The notes: a model not told the origin generated them from the letters alone. DNA of 64,000 nt from Auanema rhodensis (GCA_964057225.1 OZ059899.1:10602001-10666000), one strand, 5' to 3'; positions 50,948-63,100 are shown, numbered from the stretch's first letter. Program-made: numbers and translations.

Positions 50948-51930
50948 ATGGAACTCATATCGAAGGTTAATTCGATAAGTTATATTTTATATATTTATTT
51001 TTTAATTTTATTTGTTTACATTGTTTATAGATTGTGTTTATTATAGTTTATAATTATTAATTTAATTTTTAAAAAGTTTGTTGTTTATCTAGGCGAACCA
51101 TTTTGTTCACCGTACCTCTTATAGGTAAATCAATGGAACACATATCGAAAGTTAATTCGATAAGAACGATATGGAATACAAAAGTTAATGGAACACATAT
51201 CGAAGGTTAATTCGATAAGATCGTTAAAACAGGTGCACTGACCCACACAAGAACCACATGGCAAACGTTTTGTTCATAAAAATATGATAAATAGCTGTAC
51301 ACCACAAGTACTAAGTTGTCTAATATTTTCAAATTACATGAAAGAATAGTTTAAAGAACCTTTTTTTTTAATTTTATATTAATATATTCTAATATACTAA
51401 CTCAATAAAACACATATCGAAGGTTAATTCGATAGGATTCACAAACAATTGTGTTGTTTCCAATGGAACACATATCGAAGATTAATTCGATAAGATCGTT
51501 AAAACAGGTGCGCTGACCCACACATGTACCACATGGCAAAAGTTTTGTTCATAAAAATATGATAAATAGCTGTACAGCACAAGTACCCATAACGCTAAAG
51601 AATACTTACTATGCCAAGGGGTCATGGGTATATACTTTTCAAATATCAAAAATGTTAATGGAACACATATCGAATATAAATTCGATAAGATTGGTGAAAC
51701 AGATACGTTGACCTACAATGAACCAAATAGCAAAGCACTTGTTCATTAAAGTATAACAAATAGCTGTATAGCATATGCATCAAGATTTCTAATATTCTCA
51801 AATTACGTGGAAAGAAGAGTATATAGAAAAAGTTTTAGTGTGTATATTACTAATATTCTAATACACTAACTCAATAGAACACATATCGAAGATTAATTCG
51901 ATAAGATTGTTTAAACAGGTGCGCTGACCA
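50948..51930. repeat. Seven copies of the palindromic element TATCGAA-N6-TTCGATA within longer imperfect direct repeats
   Basis: Cores at about 50958, 51143, 51198, 51415, 51473, 51668 and 51884, mostly preceded by aatggaacaca. Confidence 0.9.
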
Positions 51931-51984
51931 CAACAATACATGCGTATTTATTAACAACGGATTGGCAACTGCCACTGTTGACAG

Positions 51985-52623
51985 CTGTAATTAGAGTAGA
52001 GAATCCACTTCTCATCTCCAGTCACTAACCCTTTAAAAAAAACCCTTCTTCGGCTCAAATTCAGAAGATTTTGAGCTGAATCAACTCTTGTTCTGAGATT
52101 GCTCTCAGACAGGAGATGCGGGGAAAATGGAGAAAATTTATGAATTTTCCCCATTTTTTTAAGCCGATGTGAAACAGCAACTCTGCTGACTTTCAGTTTT
52201 TTCCCGATCTGGAGTTGGGTTGCTCCAAGATTCTGATCGAGAGCATTCTGAAGGTCAGAATCACTGAACTTCTGAACGGCACCGGGTCGCAGACGATCTG
52301 CAAGATCGATCTCGCCGGATTTAAAGCGGGCGAACCACTTTTTACATGTGCTGTAGACTGGAGAAGAAACACCACTTTCAAAATGAGAAAGAAGGACGTG
52401 GCGCATATGCGTTACATCCATAACAAAAAACGAGAACAAAATAGAAGCAAAAAAAAAAGTTTTTTAAAGCAAAAAAAAATTAAATTTTTAAACTTTTTTA
52501 AATTTTATTATATTTAAATATATTCAAATTTCGTAATTCATTTAAAAAAATTTTAAATTTTGTAAAATTAGCATAATTTTTTCAAATTCTAACCGGTGGC
52601 CGCGTTTCAACTTACACACCTAA
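51985..52623 (-). mobile_element. mariner (Tc1/mariner) element, 5' half only: one TIR and a truncated transposase
   Basis: Minus strand TA|TTAGGTGTGTAAGTTGAAACGCGG is a mariner-type TIR. ORF 52439-51951 has TCKKWFARFKSGEIDLADRLRPG, a second HTH, FSPHLL (WVPHEL-equivalent) and LVTGDEKWILYSN. No second TIR and no rest of the catalytic domain. Confidence 0.9.
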
Positions 52624-52772
52624 TATGATACAATGTTGAGTGTTGGCAACATTGTTACGTGACAATAAAACAACTGACTGTTCTTGCAATGAAGTGTAAT
52701 ATAAATGTGTAAAATGAAATATGGATAACTAACTAGCTCAGAGTTTGCATAATTTTATTCTAACAAGATACA

Positions 52773-55700
52773 ATGGCTGCTAACAGGTTGTGTTTTTTCC
52801 TATCTTTTTTTTTTTAATTAAAATATTTATTTTCAGTTATAAGCGTGTATGTGAAGAGTTGGGGTTCGATTATGAGGAAATTTATCAACTCAGGTAATTT
52901 AACAATATTTTTAAAATATACATCTTTGTTTTTTTTAGTAAGCGCATAAAGCTTACCGAGAGTGGTGGTGTTGAGCTGTGTGACTCCGCAATAACCACTT
53001 CCAATAGTGGTCCCTCGTCATCAAGGGTTATTGAAGTTATCACCTTGGATGACAGCGATAATGAGTAAGCTATCGTATAATGAAAAAGCATGAAATTTTT
53101 TTTTCAGAGAATGGAATCCCGAGATGCCATCAACTAGTGGAGAACAATTAGGAGGCGGTTCATCCTTCAACGATATTTGTCAAATAAAGGTACGAGCTTT
53201 TAACTTTTTTTTTTTTTCATGTTACAATTCTTTTCACTCTATATCTTTTATTTGATTACATATCTTGAACAATTTTGAATTCTGCCATCTATTTTTAAAC
53301 AAATCATCATACATTTGGAGGCTTTTTGAAAAATAAAATTAAATCTTACCCCAAATCCATGCCATAATATCATTTATTAAATTTTTAATCATTAAAATAC
53401 ACTTAAATTTAAATATTTTGATGCTCAAAAACTGACAATATTTTGTATTTTCTAAACCATTTCACTTCATCTTTTTTATTTAATCCCATATTTTAAACAA
53501 TTTTATAAGTCTACTATTATTTAATTTTTATTTATTAAATTTTTAATCATTAAATTACACTTAAATTTAAATATTTTGATGCGCAAAAACAAAAACAAAA
53601 ACATTTAAATATTTTGTTTTATCTAAACCATTTCACCTCATCTATTTTAAACAATTTTATATTTCTACCACTATTTCATAATTTCATTTTTTAAATTTTT
53701 AATCATAAAAAAAAACATTTAAATTTCAATATTGTGATGCTCAAAAACTGAAACATGAAACAGATTTATATTTTCCAAGCCATTTCACTTCATCTCTTTT
53801 ATTTAATCATATATCTTGAACAAATTTAAATTTCTATCACTTTTTCATAATTTCGTTTATTAAAAAACATTTGAATTTTAATATTGTGATGCTCAAAAAC
53901 TGAAACATTTAAATATTTTGTATTTTTTAAACTGTTTCACTCCATCTCTTTTATTTAATCCCATATTTTAAACAATTTTATAATTCTACTGTTATTTAAT
54001 TTTTATTTATTAAATTTTTAAACATTAAAAAAAAAAATTGATGCTCAAAAACTGAAACGTTTAAATATTTTGTATTTTTCTAATCGTTTTGAAACAAACT
54101 AAACATTTATTTGAAACCATTTCAATTAAATAAAAAATAACGACTATAACAAACAAAGAGACATAATAATTTTAAGCAAAAGATGAAACAATTCATATAT
54201 ATTCTCAAAACTATTTTTATTTAAACTTTAAAAAAAAATAAAAAAAAAAGCATGTAAACTATTATAAATGTTGTTTATTATAGTGGTCACACCGGCGTAT
54301 AAAACGCACCGGTCGTTTTACCAACGTGGTCGTTCGATCGCTCACGTTCCCACACTTGGAAAATGTTGATGAACCAATGCATGTTATCATGCCGCGGTTA
54401 TTCAACGAATTCCTTGATCGTTGTCTTGCTGAAAGCGGTGTGCCTGATAAGCAAAAAGCCTTATTTTGTTTATCAATTGAGCACCCTTCCTTTGAAAAGG
54501 GCTCCATATTTATGGACTTTCGTAGAAAGGAGCATCTGGATGGCGTAGCCATTATGAATGCCATCAGCAAGGTGCAGCAATCAAAACGAGAGGCTGTAAT
54601 CAGCCAGGCAATGAATATTGAGATGTATGTGTTTGATGAAAGGCCAGCGCAGCCAAGCCTGATGCCTGGTGAAGGTAGAGTCGGGTTTTATTTTGACCCC
54701 GAACTCAAAATACCTGGAACCATTGCCAACACTGACTCACATTGTCTGGCTAGATCAGCAGTTGTGGGAATGTGGAAAGCTGACGAGCTGGCCACTGAAG
54801 ATGGCGATGAGAAGCGAAGGCTGCAAAACCTTCGTCGCAATTACATCTTATTGCCAAATCAGCCACACCATATCAATTTATTAAATAGGTGTGGTATTTC
54901 TGTAGATTTACCAAATTATAATTTAATTCATTTAAACATTATTGCCAGCTGTAATACAAACTATAAGTTTGTAGTATATGCTAGACCGCCTGGACAGCGT
55001 ATGTACACTATCCAGAAAATATTTAATGAAGCGGCTAGCAAATTGGTAACACTAGGTTACCGAAATAATCACTATGATTGTATTACAGCTGGTAGTCGTT
55101 CGAAAATTTTTGACGGTATTATATGTCAACACTGTAAGTTATCTTACAATACAGTGTTGCTTAGATGTAAAGCCAAATGTAAAAAATGCCACACCTATAA
55201 TTGTAATGCGATGGGGAATGTGGTTGAGAGTAGCGTGAGGTGTGATAGTTGTAGAGTTTTGTTTAAAACTCAACAATGCTTCGATAGGCATTTGCGAAAA
55301 GCCTGCCGAAAATTCAAGGTATTTTGTGAAAATTTAAAGTTGTACATAACAAGCTTAAATTCAGACATGTGTGGCGTGTGATCACTATCACATGCTCCGT
55401 GCTGATAGACCGCACAATTGCAATGGAAAATTCTGCAAAAAGTGCGGTCAGACAAAGCCTGAAGAGCACTCTTGTTGTTGGGTTCCACCTAACGACAAGA
55501 AGAAGGCTCAACTAAAAAAGAAGCAAGAAAAGTTCAAGGTTTGTATTTAACATCTTTACAAGTGTAATGCTTAATTGTTTAAGATTATATTTTGTGACTT
55601 TGAAACAGTTGTGTTAAAAAACGGCACAAATGTTCATGAATATGCAGATGAACAATGGCCCAATATGGTTGTGTATAACAAATTTTGTGAAAGTTGTATA

Positions 55701-58283
55701 GATGCCAATTCCTGTGAAAAATGCACAACCAAGGAGGGCCATTTTGGGTACCAACAAGGTGATAGTGAATGGTCTGTAACAGATCGTTTCCTTGATTGGT
55801 TACTCAACTTTTCTGAGAATGATAATGCAATTTTGATTGCGCACAACGGGTCGCGCTTTGACATACATTTCTTGGTGTCTAGGCTGATAAACCGTGGAAT
55901 ATATCCTGACCCCATTTTAAATGGGACCAAGATTATTAGCATGGTTGTCAAGCCTTTAAGAGGTCAAAACATTAACCATTTATGTTTTGAAGATAGTTAT
56001 TTACTAGTGCCTTTACCCTTATCAGCGTTACCCAAGGCATTTGGTGTACCTGATATGAGTAAAGGACAGTTTCCATACCTCTTTAACCACCCAATAAATT
56101 ATGGCAAAGTGCTACCATCCTTGCCACCAAAGCATTACTATTGTACTGCTAGAATGAAAGTAGAAGACCTAGCTTCATTCAATATTTGGTATGAGGAGCG
56201 TAATCAAAGTGTGTTTGATTTTGATGAGGAGCTTCTGGAATATTGTAGGACAGATGTCCGTATTTTAACCAACTGTATGAAAGTGTACATGAAGTTGGCC
56301 ACCGCCACCACTGGCTGGAATCCTGTCATACAATGTATGACATTTGCCAGTTTCTCTTTATTCCAGGCAAGTTTTTTAAAATACAAACATTTTCAAAACT
56401 AGTATATTACAGTTGAAAATGAACCACATTAAAGAGAACCAAGGGGGTATTCTGCCTGAGACTGGTTATTATGCCGGCCAGAAGCAGAGTATAATTGCCA
56501 TAAAATACATAAAATGGCTAGAACACGGATTAGGCCGCCCATTAATGCATAAGCTTAATGGTGGTGAATTTGTTGTGAGAGTAGATGGCCAACGCTATCT
56601 ACTTGATGCTTATGACAGTGTGGCTAATCACGGCTATGAGGTGAGTAATTTGTAATAAATGTAAAAAATGAAAAATTTTGTAGTTTAATGGCTGTATTTA
56701 TCATGGTTGTCCCCAGTGCACCAACAAGACTGCTATTGCACCAGGCAGAAATGGTGAAACAATGGAAGAGGTAACCAATACTTTTTTAAATCATTTTAAG
56801 CTGAAACATTTAGGTTTATGAAAAAACCATGAAAAGGCTTGAGGCTATTCAAAGCCAGGGCATTAGTGTAACCACTGTGTGGGAACACGAAATTACTGCT
56901 CAAATGTCATCAAATGAGCAAATGGCAAATTTTATGAAGGACACTGAGGTTGTAACTCGATTGGCACCTCGAGATGCCTTCACCGGCGGCCGAACTCAAA
57001 CATATAAGCTTCTGGCCCAAGCTTCGGATAGCTACTCACTAGAGTATGTGGACTTTTGTTCACTTTATCCATATGTAACGGCATTTGATGCCTATTACCC
57101 TATGGGTAATCCTAAAGTGATTACTGAGGGCTTTGAGAGTTTTCAGGCATGCTGCCCATACAAGGGCCTTGTGAAATGTGACGTGCTTGCACCCACAAAT
57201 TTGTTGTATCCTGTATTAGGAACACGCATAGGCGGTAAATTAATTTTTACAAACTGCCGCACATGTGCAAACAGAGGCAAAAATGTAACATGCCCGCACC
57301 AAGATGATGAAGACGCTCGAAAGCTGCATCTGACTGTAACGCATGTAGAGCTCGAATGTGCCATACAGCGTGACTACAAAGTGCTTCATGTTTATGAGGT
57401 TTGGCACTGGGATGAATGGCAGCAAGGAGGCCTATTCAAGGATTTTGTACAAAAGTACATAAAAATTAAGCAAGAGGCATCGGGCTGGCCTAAGCCAAAT
57501 ATGACAGAGGCTGAAAAGGTATGTGTCATGAAAAGTATGGCAAATGGCAGGATCCTGAAATTGGTAGGATCATAACTGATCCTGCAAGGGAACTCACGGG
57601 CTTCAAAATTGTGGACGATGTGGCGTACTGTACAACAGTGCCAGAAGACTCACATTTGGCACCAGCGCGGTTTACAAATGTAGCCATAGCGGCTTATACA
57701 ACCGCTCATGCAAGGCTACTATTGTATAAGGCAATGGAAAAAATTGAAAAGAACTTGGTGTATACAGGTAATTTTATACTTTGTATACAATTTAAACGTA
57801 CATCATTTAGACACCGATTCTCTAATTTATTTAAAATGCCTCGATCAGCCTGATCCAATTGAGGATATGAAGGGTGAATGGTTAGGTAAACTAACCTCAG
57901 AAATACCCGATGGTTGGTCAATGACCAAATTTGTTTCACCAGCTGCAAAAATTTATAGTTATGAGCTAGTAAATGCAGCTGGTCAGGTCAAGTATATCAC
58001 CAAAGCAAAGGGAGTGGTAAGTATAAAAATATATTATTGAGAAACTTTTTAAAATTACAGACGCTGGACCACACGACAGCCACCGTGGTAAACTATCAAA
58101 GTATGGAACGATTGGTTCGAGGACTCGTGATGGATGGAGAAAAATTGGTTTTAAAAACCAAAATTAAAGAGGCAGCTTGGTGCCATATCCACGATGGACA
58201 TGACAAAGAGTACCAAGGTCGTAATGGATAAACTTTGTTATCTAGACGATTTTAGTACTTTACCCTATGGTTATTGTGAATAA
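52773..58283 (+). pseudogene. polB: Protein-primed family B DNA polymerase of the Maverick, 12 introns, inactivated by deletions
   Basis: Phase-consistent exons: 52773-52786, 52837-52893, 52939-53064, 53108-53189, 54284-55318, 55365-55538, 55584-56366, 56413-56640, 56684-56770, 56814-57518, (damaged)-57767, 57811-58016, 58061-58283. Motifs: IFCDFET, AHNGSRFD, YCRTDV, YE/FNGCIYHGC, FTGGRT, VDFCSLYP, YT/DTDS, TLPYGY. Motif B (KxxxNSxxGK) is absent and there is a frameshift near 58163. Confidence 0.93.
53330..54090. repeat. Degenerate AT-rich tandem repeat (~150-160 bp period) inside the 1094-nt polB intron 4
   Basis: The motif aatatt(t/g)tgatgctcaaaaactg…aaaccatttcac…catct recurs about five times. 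Confidence 0.65.
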
Positions 58284-58418
58284 TTTTTAATATATTTGAA
58301 TTTATAAATTTTATTATTGCGTGTATATTTGTATATGGTTGTATTTATAGATTTTTAAGTATAGTTGTAATAAATTTTATTCTTCTCATCAAATGTTTTA
58401 AAGAGTTTATTACATACA

Positions 58419-59753
58419 TTACAAACTGGTATCAATATATGGAGCACGATTGTTGTCAATTGAAAGAATAGAGTCATATTCTGCATAAATAATAGCATAT
58501 AATCCCTCTTGCGGCGTTTGTTGACCAAATTCCAATTTCAGGGCCACATTACCTTGTCGTATAACATCAAATAACTCGGACGAGTGTACAGTCGGTGAAA
58601 TATCAAATACAAAAAATGTGAACCCAGCTTTATACATTGCTGGTGTAATACCATTAGATGAATCTGTACGACCAAGGCCCAAACCTTCCAACATGTCAAT
58701 ATATGCTGTGGCATAGGAAGAACGTTATTCTAAATTATAAGGGCGGGTAGGTATTACCCGATTGTTGAGCGTCAAGTATATATTTTTCAATTTAAACGGT
58801 TTAAAGTAGAATGGCGAATGTTTAAAAGTACCATTATAGGCGTGTGCGCCGACAAGACCTACTACAACACGTTTCGGTGTATGCGACGTGAATAATATGT
58901 TATTGGGTGAATCCAAACGGCCTCCTTCTATGAAATAAGAGCGCATTTTCACTGATGTCATGGGGTAGTGTATTCGATTCTTTGCGAGTTTATCTTCTAT
59001 AGCCATAGCTAATCCAGCGTTTAGATCAAACTCTTGAATGAGCAAATGTACATCGCTGATATCTACTTTCAAATTTGGAAACTCCTCCTTTAATGTAGTA
59101 TCCTTGTTTTCATTATTCCAGCCTAGAGTGTCAATTAAAAAGTTATCACGGTTTGGATATGCAGTTAGCTCCATTTTTGAATAGTTTACAAACAGTCGCT
59201 CTTGATTAAATAGGTCGATACTGACGGGAGCAGCCATCTCACACAATATGCCATTTTTTACAAGCGCTTGATGCGTTCTAAATCCAGCACTGGATGCATT
59301 ATCTATATATCTATCCGCATAATAGACTGATATGGCAAGTTTGCTCTCTTTAACATCGTTGCTATACATTAGAATATTCTCAATATATGTTTTGTAGGCA
59401 TGATTTACGGTAGAGTCATACACGCTAACATCACCAATTTTTAAATGATACGAGTGTATCAAACTGGCTGCAAATTGTTGGCATGGTGCAAAAACAAGGT
59501 TGTCTGGTACTGGATCACCGTTTGTGGTTACAATTTTGAATTTTACATTCAACCAACACCTTCTCAGATTAAGAAATGGTTTGGAATTTTGGGCTATAAC
59601 AAATTCCCATGGTCCTTGAGGAAGAAAAGTATTTTTTAAAGGAACTTGTACAGTACGAGTGGATTCAACACCTAATGCCGACGCCGGTATGTCACTTTAA
59701 TTAATATTAGGTAAAAGTGCTTGTGCTGATTTTGAATCTATCAATTTAGCCAT
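58419..59753 (-). pseudogene. Maverick major capsid protein (PY, double jelly-roll), two in-frame stops
   Basis: One frame from ATG 59753 (MAKLIDSKS…GPWEF…FLNLRR) to …FFVFDISPT…KLEF…IIYAEYDSILSID, with TAA at ~59697 and 58725. About 445 codons, intronless. Confidence 0.85.
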
Positions 59754-60206
59754 TTAAATACGATACGACCGCTCACGAGTTATGCACAGACGCTTATGAG
59801 GTTTTGTGGTTTTGCGTCGTCGCCGCTTGCCCAAACCGGTAAGATCTCGTATAGCCTGCCGGCCGGCTGTTTTAAGAGTTTGCTTGATATTATCGCCCTT
59901 GAGCACCCCATCAACAATTTCATTGCTAGTTTTTAGCAACTGTCCGCCAAGAGGTGAATTTACAACTGGACTATTGCTTACAGCACTGGATAATGCATTC
60001 CTTCCAGCATTGATGAGATTTTGGGCTATAGGTGATTGAATAATGCGAGGTAAAAACGATGCCAAAGTTGCCAGTATACCACCCAGGCCATGACCTCTCT
60101 GCATACCACGTTGAAACATCAGTCCACTAAATGGTGCCCCACCCATTTGTTGATTCAAAAGTGTTGTCCATTGAATAGAGTTCAAGTCTAGAAGGAGGTG
60201 TGGCAT
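59754..60206 (-). CDS. Maverick small conserved virion/core protein (QxGG…QRGHGLGG type, basic C-terminus)
   Basis: QQMGGAPFSGLMFQRGMQRGHGLGGILATLASFL and TGLGKRRRRK; its stop abuts the MCP start (TAAATG). Confidence 0.75.
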   Translation of the reverse strand: MPHLLLDLNSIQWTTLLNQQMGGAPFSGLMFQRGMQRGHGLGGILATLASFLPRIIQSPIAQNLINAGRNALSSAVSNSPVVNSPLGGQLLKTSNEIVDGVLKGDNIKQTLKTAGRQAIRDLTGLGKRRRRKTTKPHKRLCITRERSYRI

Positions 60207-60256
60207 ATTGAACCGCACGTGCGCAATACAAAAGTTACACTAGATCATTTTACTAA

Positions 60257-60707
60257 ATGTATTCGTCTGAAATAGCGTCACTATTGCGATCTGTCCGCAT
60301 CACTCGAAAACTATTCCTCGGTGTATTTAGCGCCGATACTCTACCCAAAACACGTCGAAAGAACTTTTGTTGTAAATACTGACACACACGATAAACCGGG
60401 CACACATTGGCAAGTCATCTTTGTACGTAATGATCAAGCATACTTTTTCTGTAGCTTGGGTTATAAAATGAACAAGTACATTCGTCATTATCTGGCCAAA
60501 TATAAAAATGTAAAAGTTAATACTTGCAAACCACAACGCATAATTGAATACACTTGTGGTGGTTATGCAATATTTGTAATACTAATGTTGTCAGCTGGTA
60601 ATACATTTGAAAGCATTTGTTCATTTTTTAAACTACTACAAAACGATGATGTCTTTATTAAAGCGTTTATGCATAAAGTATTCGACTATAAATTATCTAG
60701 CATATGA
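60257..60707 (+). pseudogene. Adenain-like cysteine protease, frameshifted near 60365
   Basis: MYSSEI…FLGVFSADTLP in one frame, then VVNTDTHDKPGTHW…FFCSLG…PQ…TCGGY in the next (catalytic His and Cys, oxyanion Gln). Confidence 0.88.
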
Positions 60708-60753
60708 TCAACTTCGCCATTAAAACGTCACCTGCTACATTAGGTGGTCAGTT

Positions 60754-60924
60754 ATGAATATTCCCTGTCACTGTGAATTATGTATAAGATACACATTGGA
60801 ACAATCTGTGCCAACACCCCTGTACAAAAAGATTTTGAAACGTATTTCAGTGCCATTCATTAAAGGAATATCTCTGGGACTAGGCTTTTGTACAACATTA
60901 GTCATTATTCCACTCATTATATAA
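60754..60924 (+). CDS. 56-aa putative tail-anchored membrane protein with CxCxxC
   Basis: MNIPCHCELCIRYTLEQSVPTPLYKKILKRISVPFIKGISLGLGFCTTLVIIPLII*; it fills the gap between the protease and zinc-finger genes and is not in the ORF track. Confidence 0.5.
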   Translation: MNIPCHCELCIRYTLEQSVPTPLYKKILKRISVPFIKGISLGLGFCTTLVIIPLII

Positions 60925-60965
60925 AAGTGAGTTGACTGTGTGTGGTTGTTTTTTATTTTCCTCTA

Positions 60966-61430
60966 ATGGAACTTTTATGTAACAAGTATTGTGTTACGTG
61001 CAAGGAAATATTTTCATCAGCCAAGCATTTTAGTGATCACATATTGAAAAGACATGACGGGATTCAACCCGTATGTAACAGTTATATCAGCAATGCTGAC
61101 TTTATTCAAAAATATGGACATTTGGATGGTGTTCGTAGACGTTTGTGCCCTTATTGTAGTGAAACTTTTGGAACAAGATTCAATTGTCAGCGTCATATTC
61201 GGCGTCTTCATAATAGTAATGGAACGAATGGTAAAGATGGTGATGGAAATGATACCAGCGAACCCTCTGAAAAAACTGAGGAGTTTGTACAGTCAACCGA
61301 ACCAAAACGATGCCGCTGCAATAGTAACCGAGAATATTCACAACACGAGCCGCGCATCGAACAAAACGGCGCTGAACTACTTTTTAAACCTTTGAAAATC
61401 GTAATGTGGTCTTGTATAACTGTTGAATAA
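60966..61430 (+). CDS. C2H2 zinc-finger protein (two fingers)
   Basis: CVTCKEIFSSAKHFSDHILKRH and CPYCSETFGTRFNCQRHIRRLH. Confidence 0.8.
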   Translation: MELLCNKYCVTCKEIFSSAKHFSDHILKRHDGIQPVCNSYISNADFIQKYGHLDGVRRRLCPYCSETFGTRFNCQRHIRRLHNSNGTNGKDGDGNDTSEPSEKTEEFVQSTEPKRCRCNSNREYSQHEPRIEQNGAELLFKPLKIVMWSCITVE

Positions 61431-61435
61431 AACAT

Positions 61436-62293
61436 TTATTTCACATTTTTAACATGTAATGTAACAACTGTAGAACCATAATTAAATTGCATAGGACGAC
61501 CAAATTCATCTAAAATTTCAATACGTATAGTATCGAGTGTTTGCTTAGTGATTGGTACATAACGAATAGGATGAAATGTTTTGGCAATCATTTTACCAAA
61601 TTCAGTGGGAGGTGGTACAGGTAAACATGCAAGTAAATTAGCTTTCAAATTACCGAGAATGGAATATTCTACAATATCACAATATATATACATTGTATTA
61701 ATGTTATTTGAAAAATCAATGGGGCGCCTGGCTATTAACTTGTCGTTGATAATTTTATTCTCAAAGCCAAGAAAATATGCGAGAGCATCACCGAGTGTTG
61801 CATTCAATAATAGCCGCTTACTCGTTACAAACTCTATGCGTTGTAGTGTTTTGTTAAACCGAAACGTGGCGTCTGCCAGCATTTCCTTGACAAGTTTAGC
61901 CTCAGCTTGTCGATTACTATACCACTTTTTCACATCTTCATCTTTATCTATCAAACCCTTTATACGTGCTTCTTCCTCAGCTCCAAGAGGTTTGGTGCTG
62001 CTAGCAATAAATTGTTCTTTTCCAGCATTGATTCCGCGTATTATTTCATCACCATTTGCATAGTTACCTTTGGGTAAGTGCAGAATAAACTTTCTGTTGG
62101 AAAAACGTAGTGTATAAGAAAGATTTTCTTGTACATTTAATATCGAACACGGAAAAATTATGTCTGTCAGCCCAATGCAATATCTGTTATTGCGTAGCCT
62201 CAATGTTTCAGGTAACCTGGTAAGAAACACTGATAAAGTATTACTTTTTTCAGAGTCAACTGATGACGGCAAAGTAATGTAAAAATCATCCAT
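61436..62293 (-). CDS. Maverick minor capsid protein (PX/penton-like), intact ORF
   Basis: MDDFYITLPSS…NTLSVFLTRLP…LTDIIFP and MYIYCDIVE…YVPI…IRIEILDEFGRPMQF…VVTLH. Confidence 0.85.
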   Translation of the reverse strand: MDDFYITLPSSVDSEKSNTLSVFLTRLPETLRLRNNRYCIGLTDIIFPCSILNVQENLSYTLRFSNRKFILHLPKGNYANGDEIIRGINAGKEQFIASSTKPLGAEEEARIKGLIDKDEDVKKWYSNRQAEAKLVKEMLADATFRFNKTLQRIEFVTSKRLLLNATLGDALAYFLGFENKIINDKLIARRPIDFSNNINTMYIYCDIVEYSILGNLKANLLACLPVPPPTEFGKMIAKTFHPIRYVPITKQTLDTIRIEILDEFGRPMQFNYGSTVVTLHVKNVK

Positions 62294-62372
62294 CAGAGAC
62301 CACCACCTGATGCGTGCACACTAGTATAAATGAAATCATTTGCATTATAGGTACATTTACGAGTGGTTGATT

Positions 62373-63021
62373 ATGGTTTTCAGCTTCAAACTACCCAGTC
62401 AGACAACTGTAATAGGGGCAACGCAATGTGGTAAAACTACCCTTATAAAACGTATATGTGAAAATACTGAAAAAGTTTTTCAACGTCCCCATTGATAGAA
62501 TATTCTGGTTCAGTCAATGTGGAGCATCGTCAGGTGTTCCATTAAATGATGATCGTTTATTAGTTATTCAAGGACCACCTGATCCGGATATAATAAAAGA
62601 GCAAAAGGGAGTAAACACCATACTAGTGCTGGATGATTTGATGAATTTTTTCTCATCGAATAAAGCGGCTAAAGAATTACTCAACAACATTTTTACAGTG
62701 TGGGCACATCACTGGAATTTGGCAGTGTTCAATCTTGTGCAAGCTGCATTTCAGCTAGACAGGACCAGTCGAATTAATAGTACATATATAATACTGATAA
62801 AAAGTCATTCGGATATATTACAAATACGTAATTGTCTGCAACAATTATTTGGCCCCCGCTTTAAAAATGCTCTAGAAGCATATGATGATGCAATGTCTAC
62901 ACCCTATAGTCATTTACTGATTGACAACCATTCTTTAACAAATGAGAAACAGCGTATACTATCAGATATAACAGCGGAGCACCCTATTGTTTATGTAGCC
63001 AGAAATATATTCAGTGTTTAA
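62373..63021 (+). pseudogene. A32/FtsK-like DNA packaging ATPase, frameshifted near 62478
   Basis: MVFSFKLPSQTTVIGATQCGKTT (Walker A) in one frame; LVLDDLM (Walker B), AHHWN and PYSHLLID in the next. Confidence 0.9.
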
Positions 63022-63100
63022 TGTGCATGTTCAATGAGTGGTCGTATTTTGTCAAATTACAACTTTTTATCTTCTTGTGCCAAAACCCCTTGTTCTGTTT

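Larger units (their letters stand above)
50404..63100. mobile_element. Maverick/Polinton, degenerate, right part replaced or truncated
   Basis: Co-located protein-primed PolB, major and minor capsid, adenain-like protease and packaging ATPase. The left boundary is inferred from an AGTAGAGAG start followed by short tandem repeats. No integrase in the window. Confidence 0.92.
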
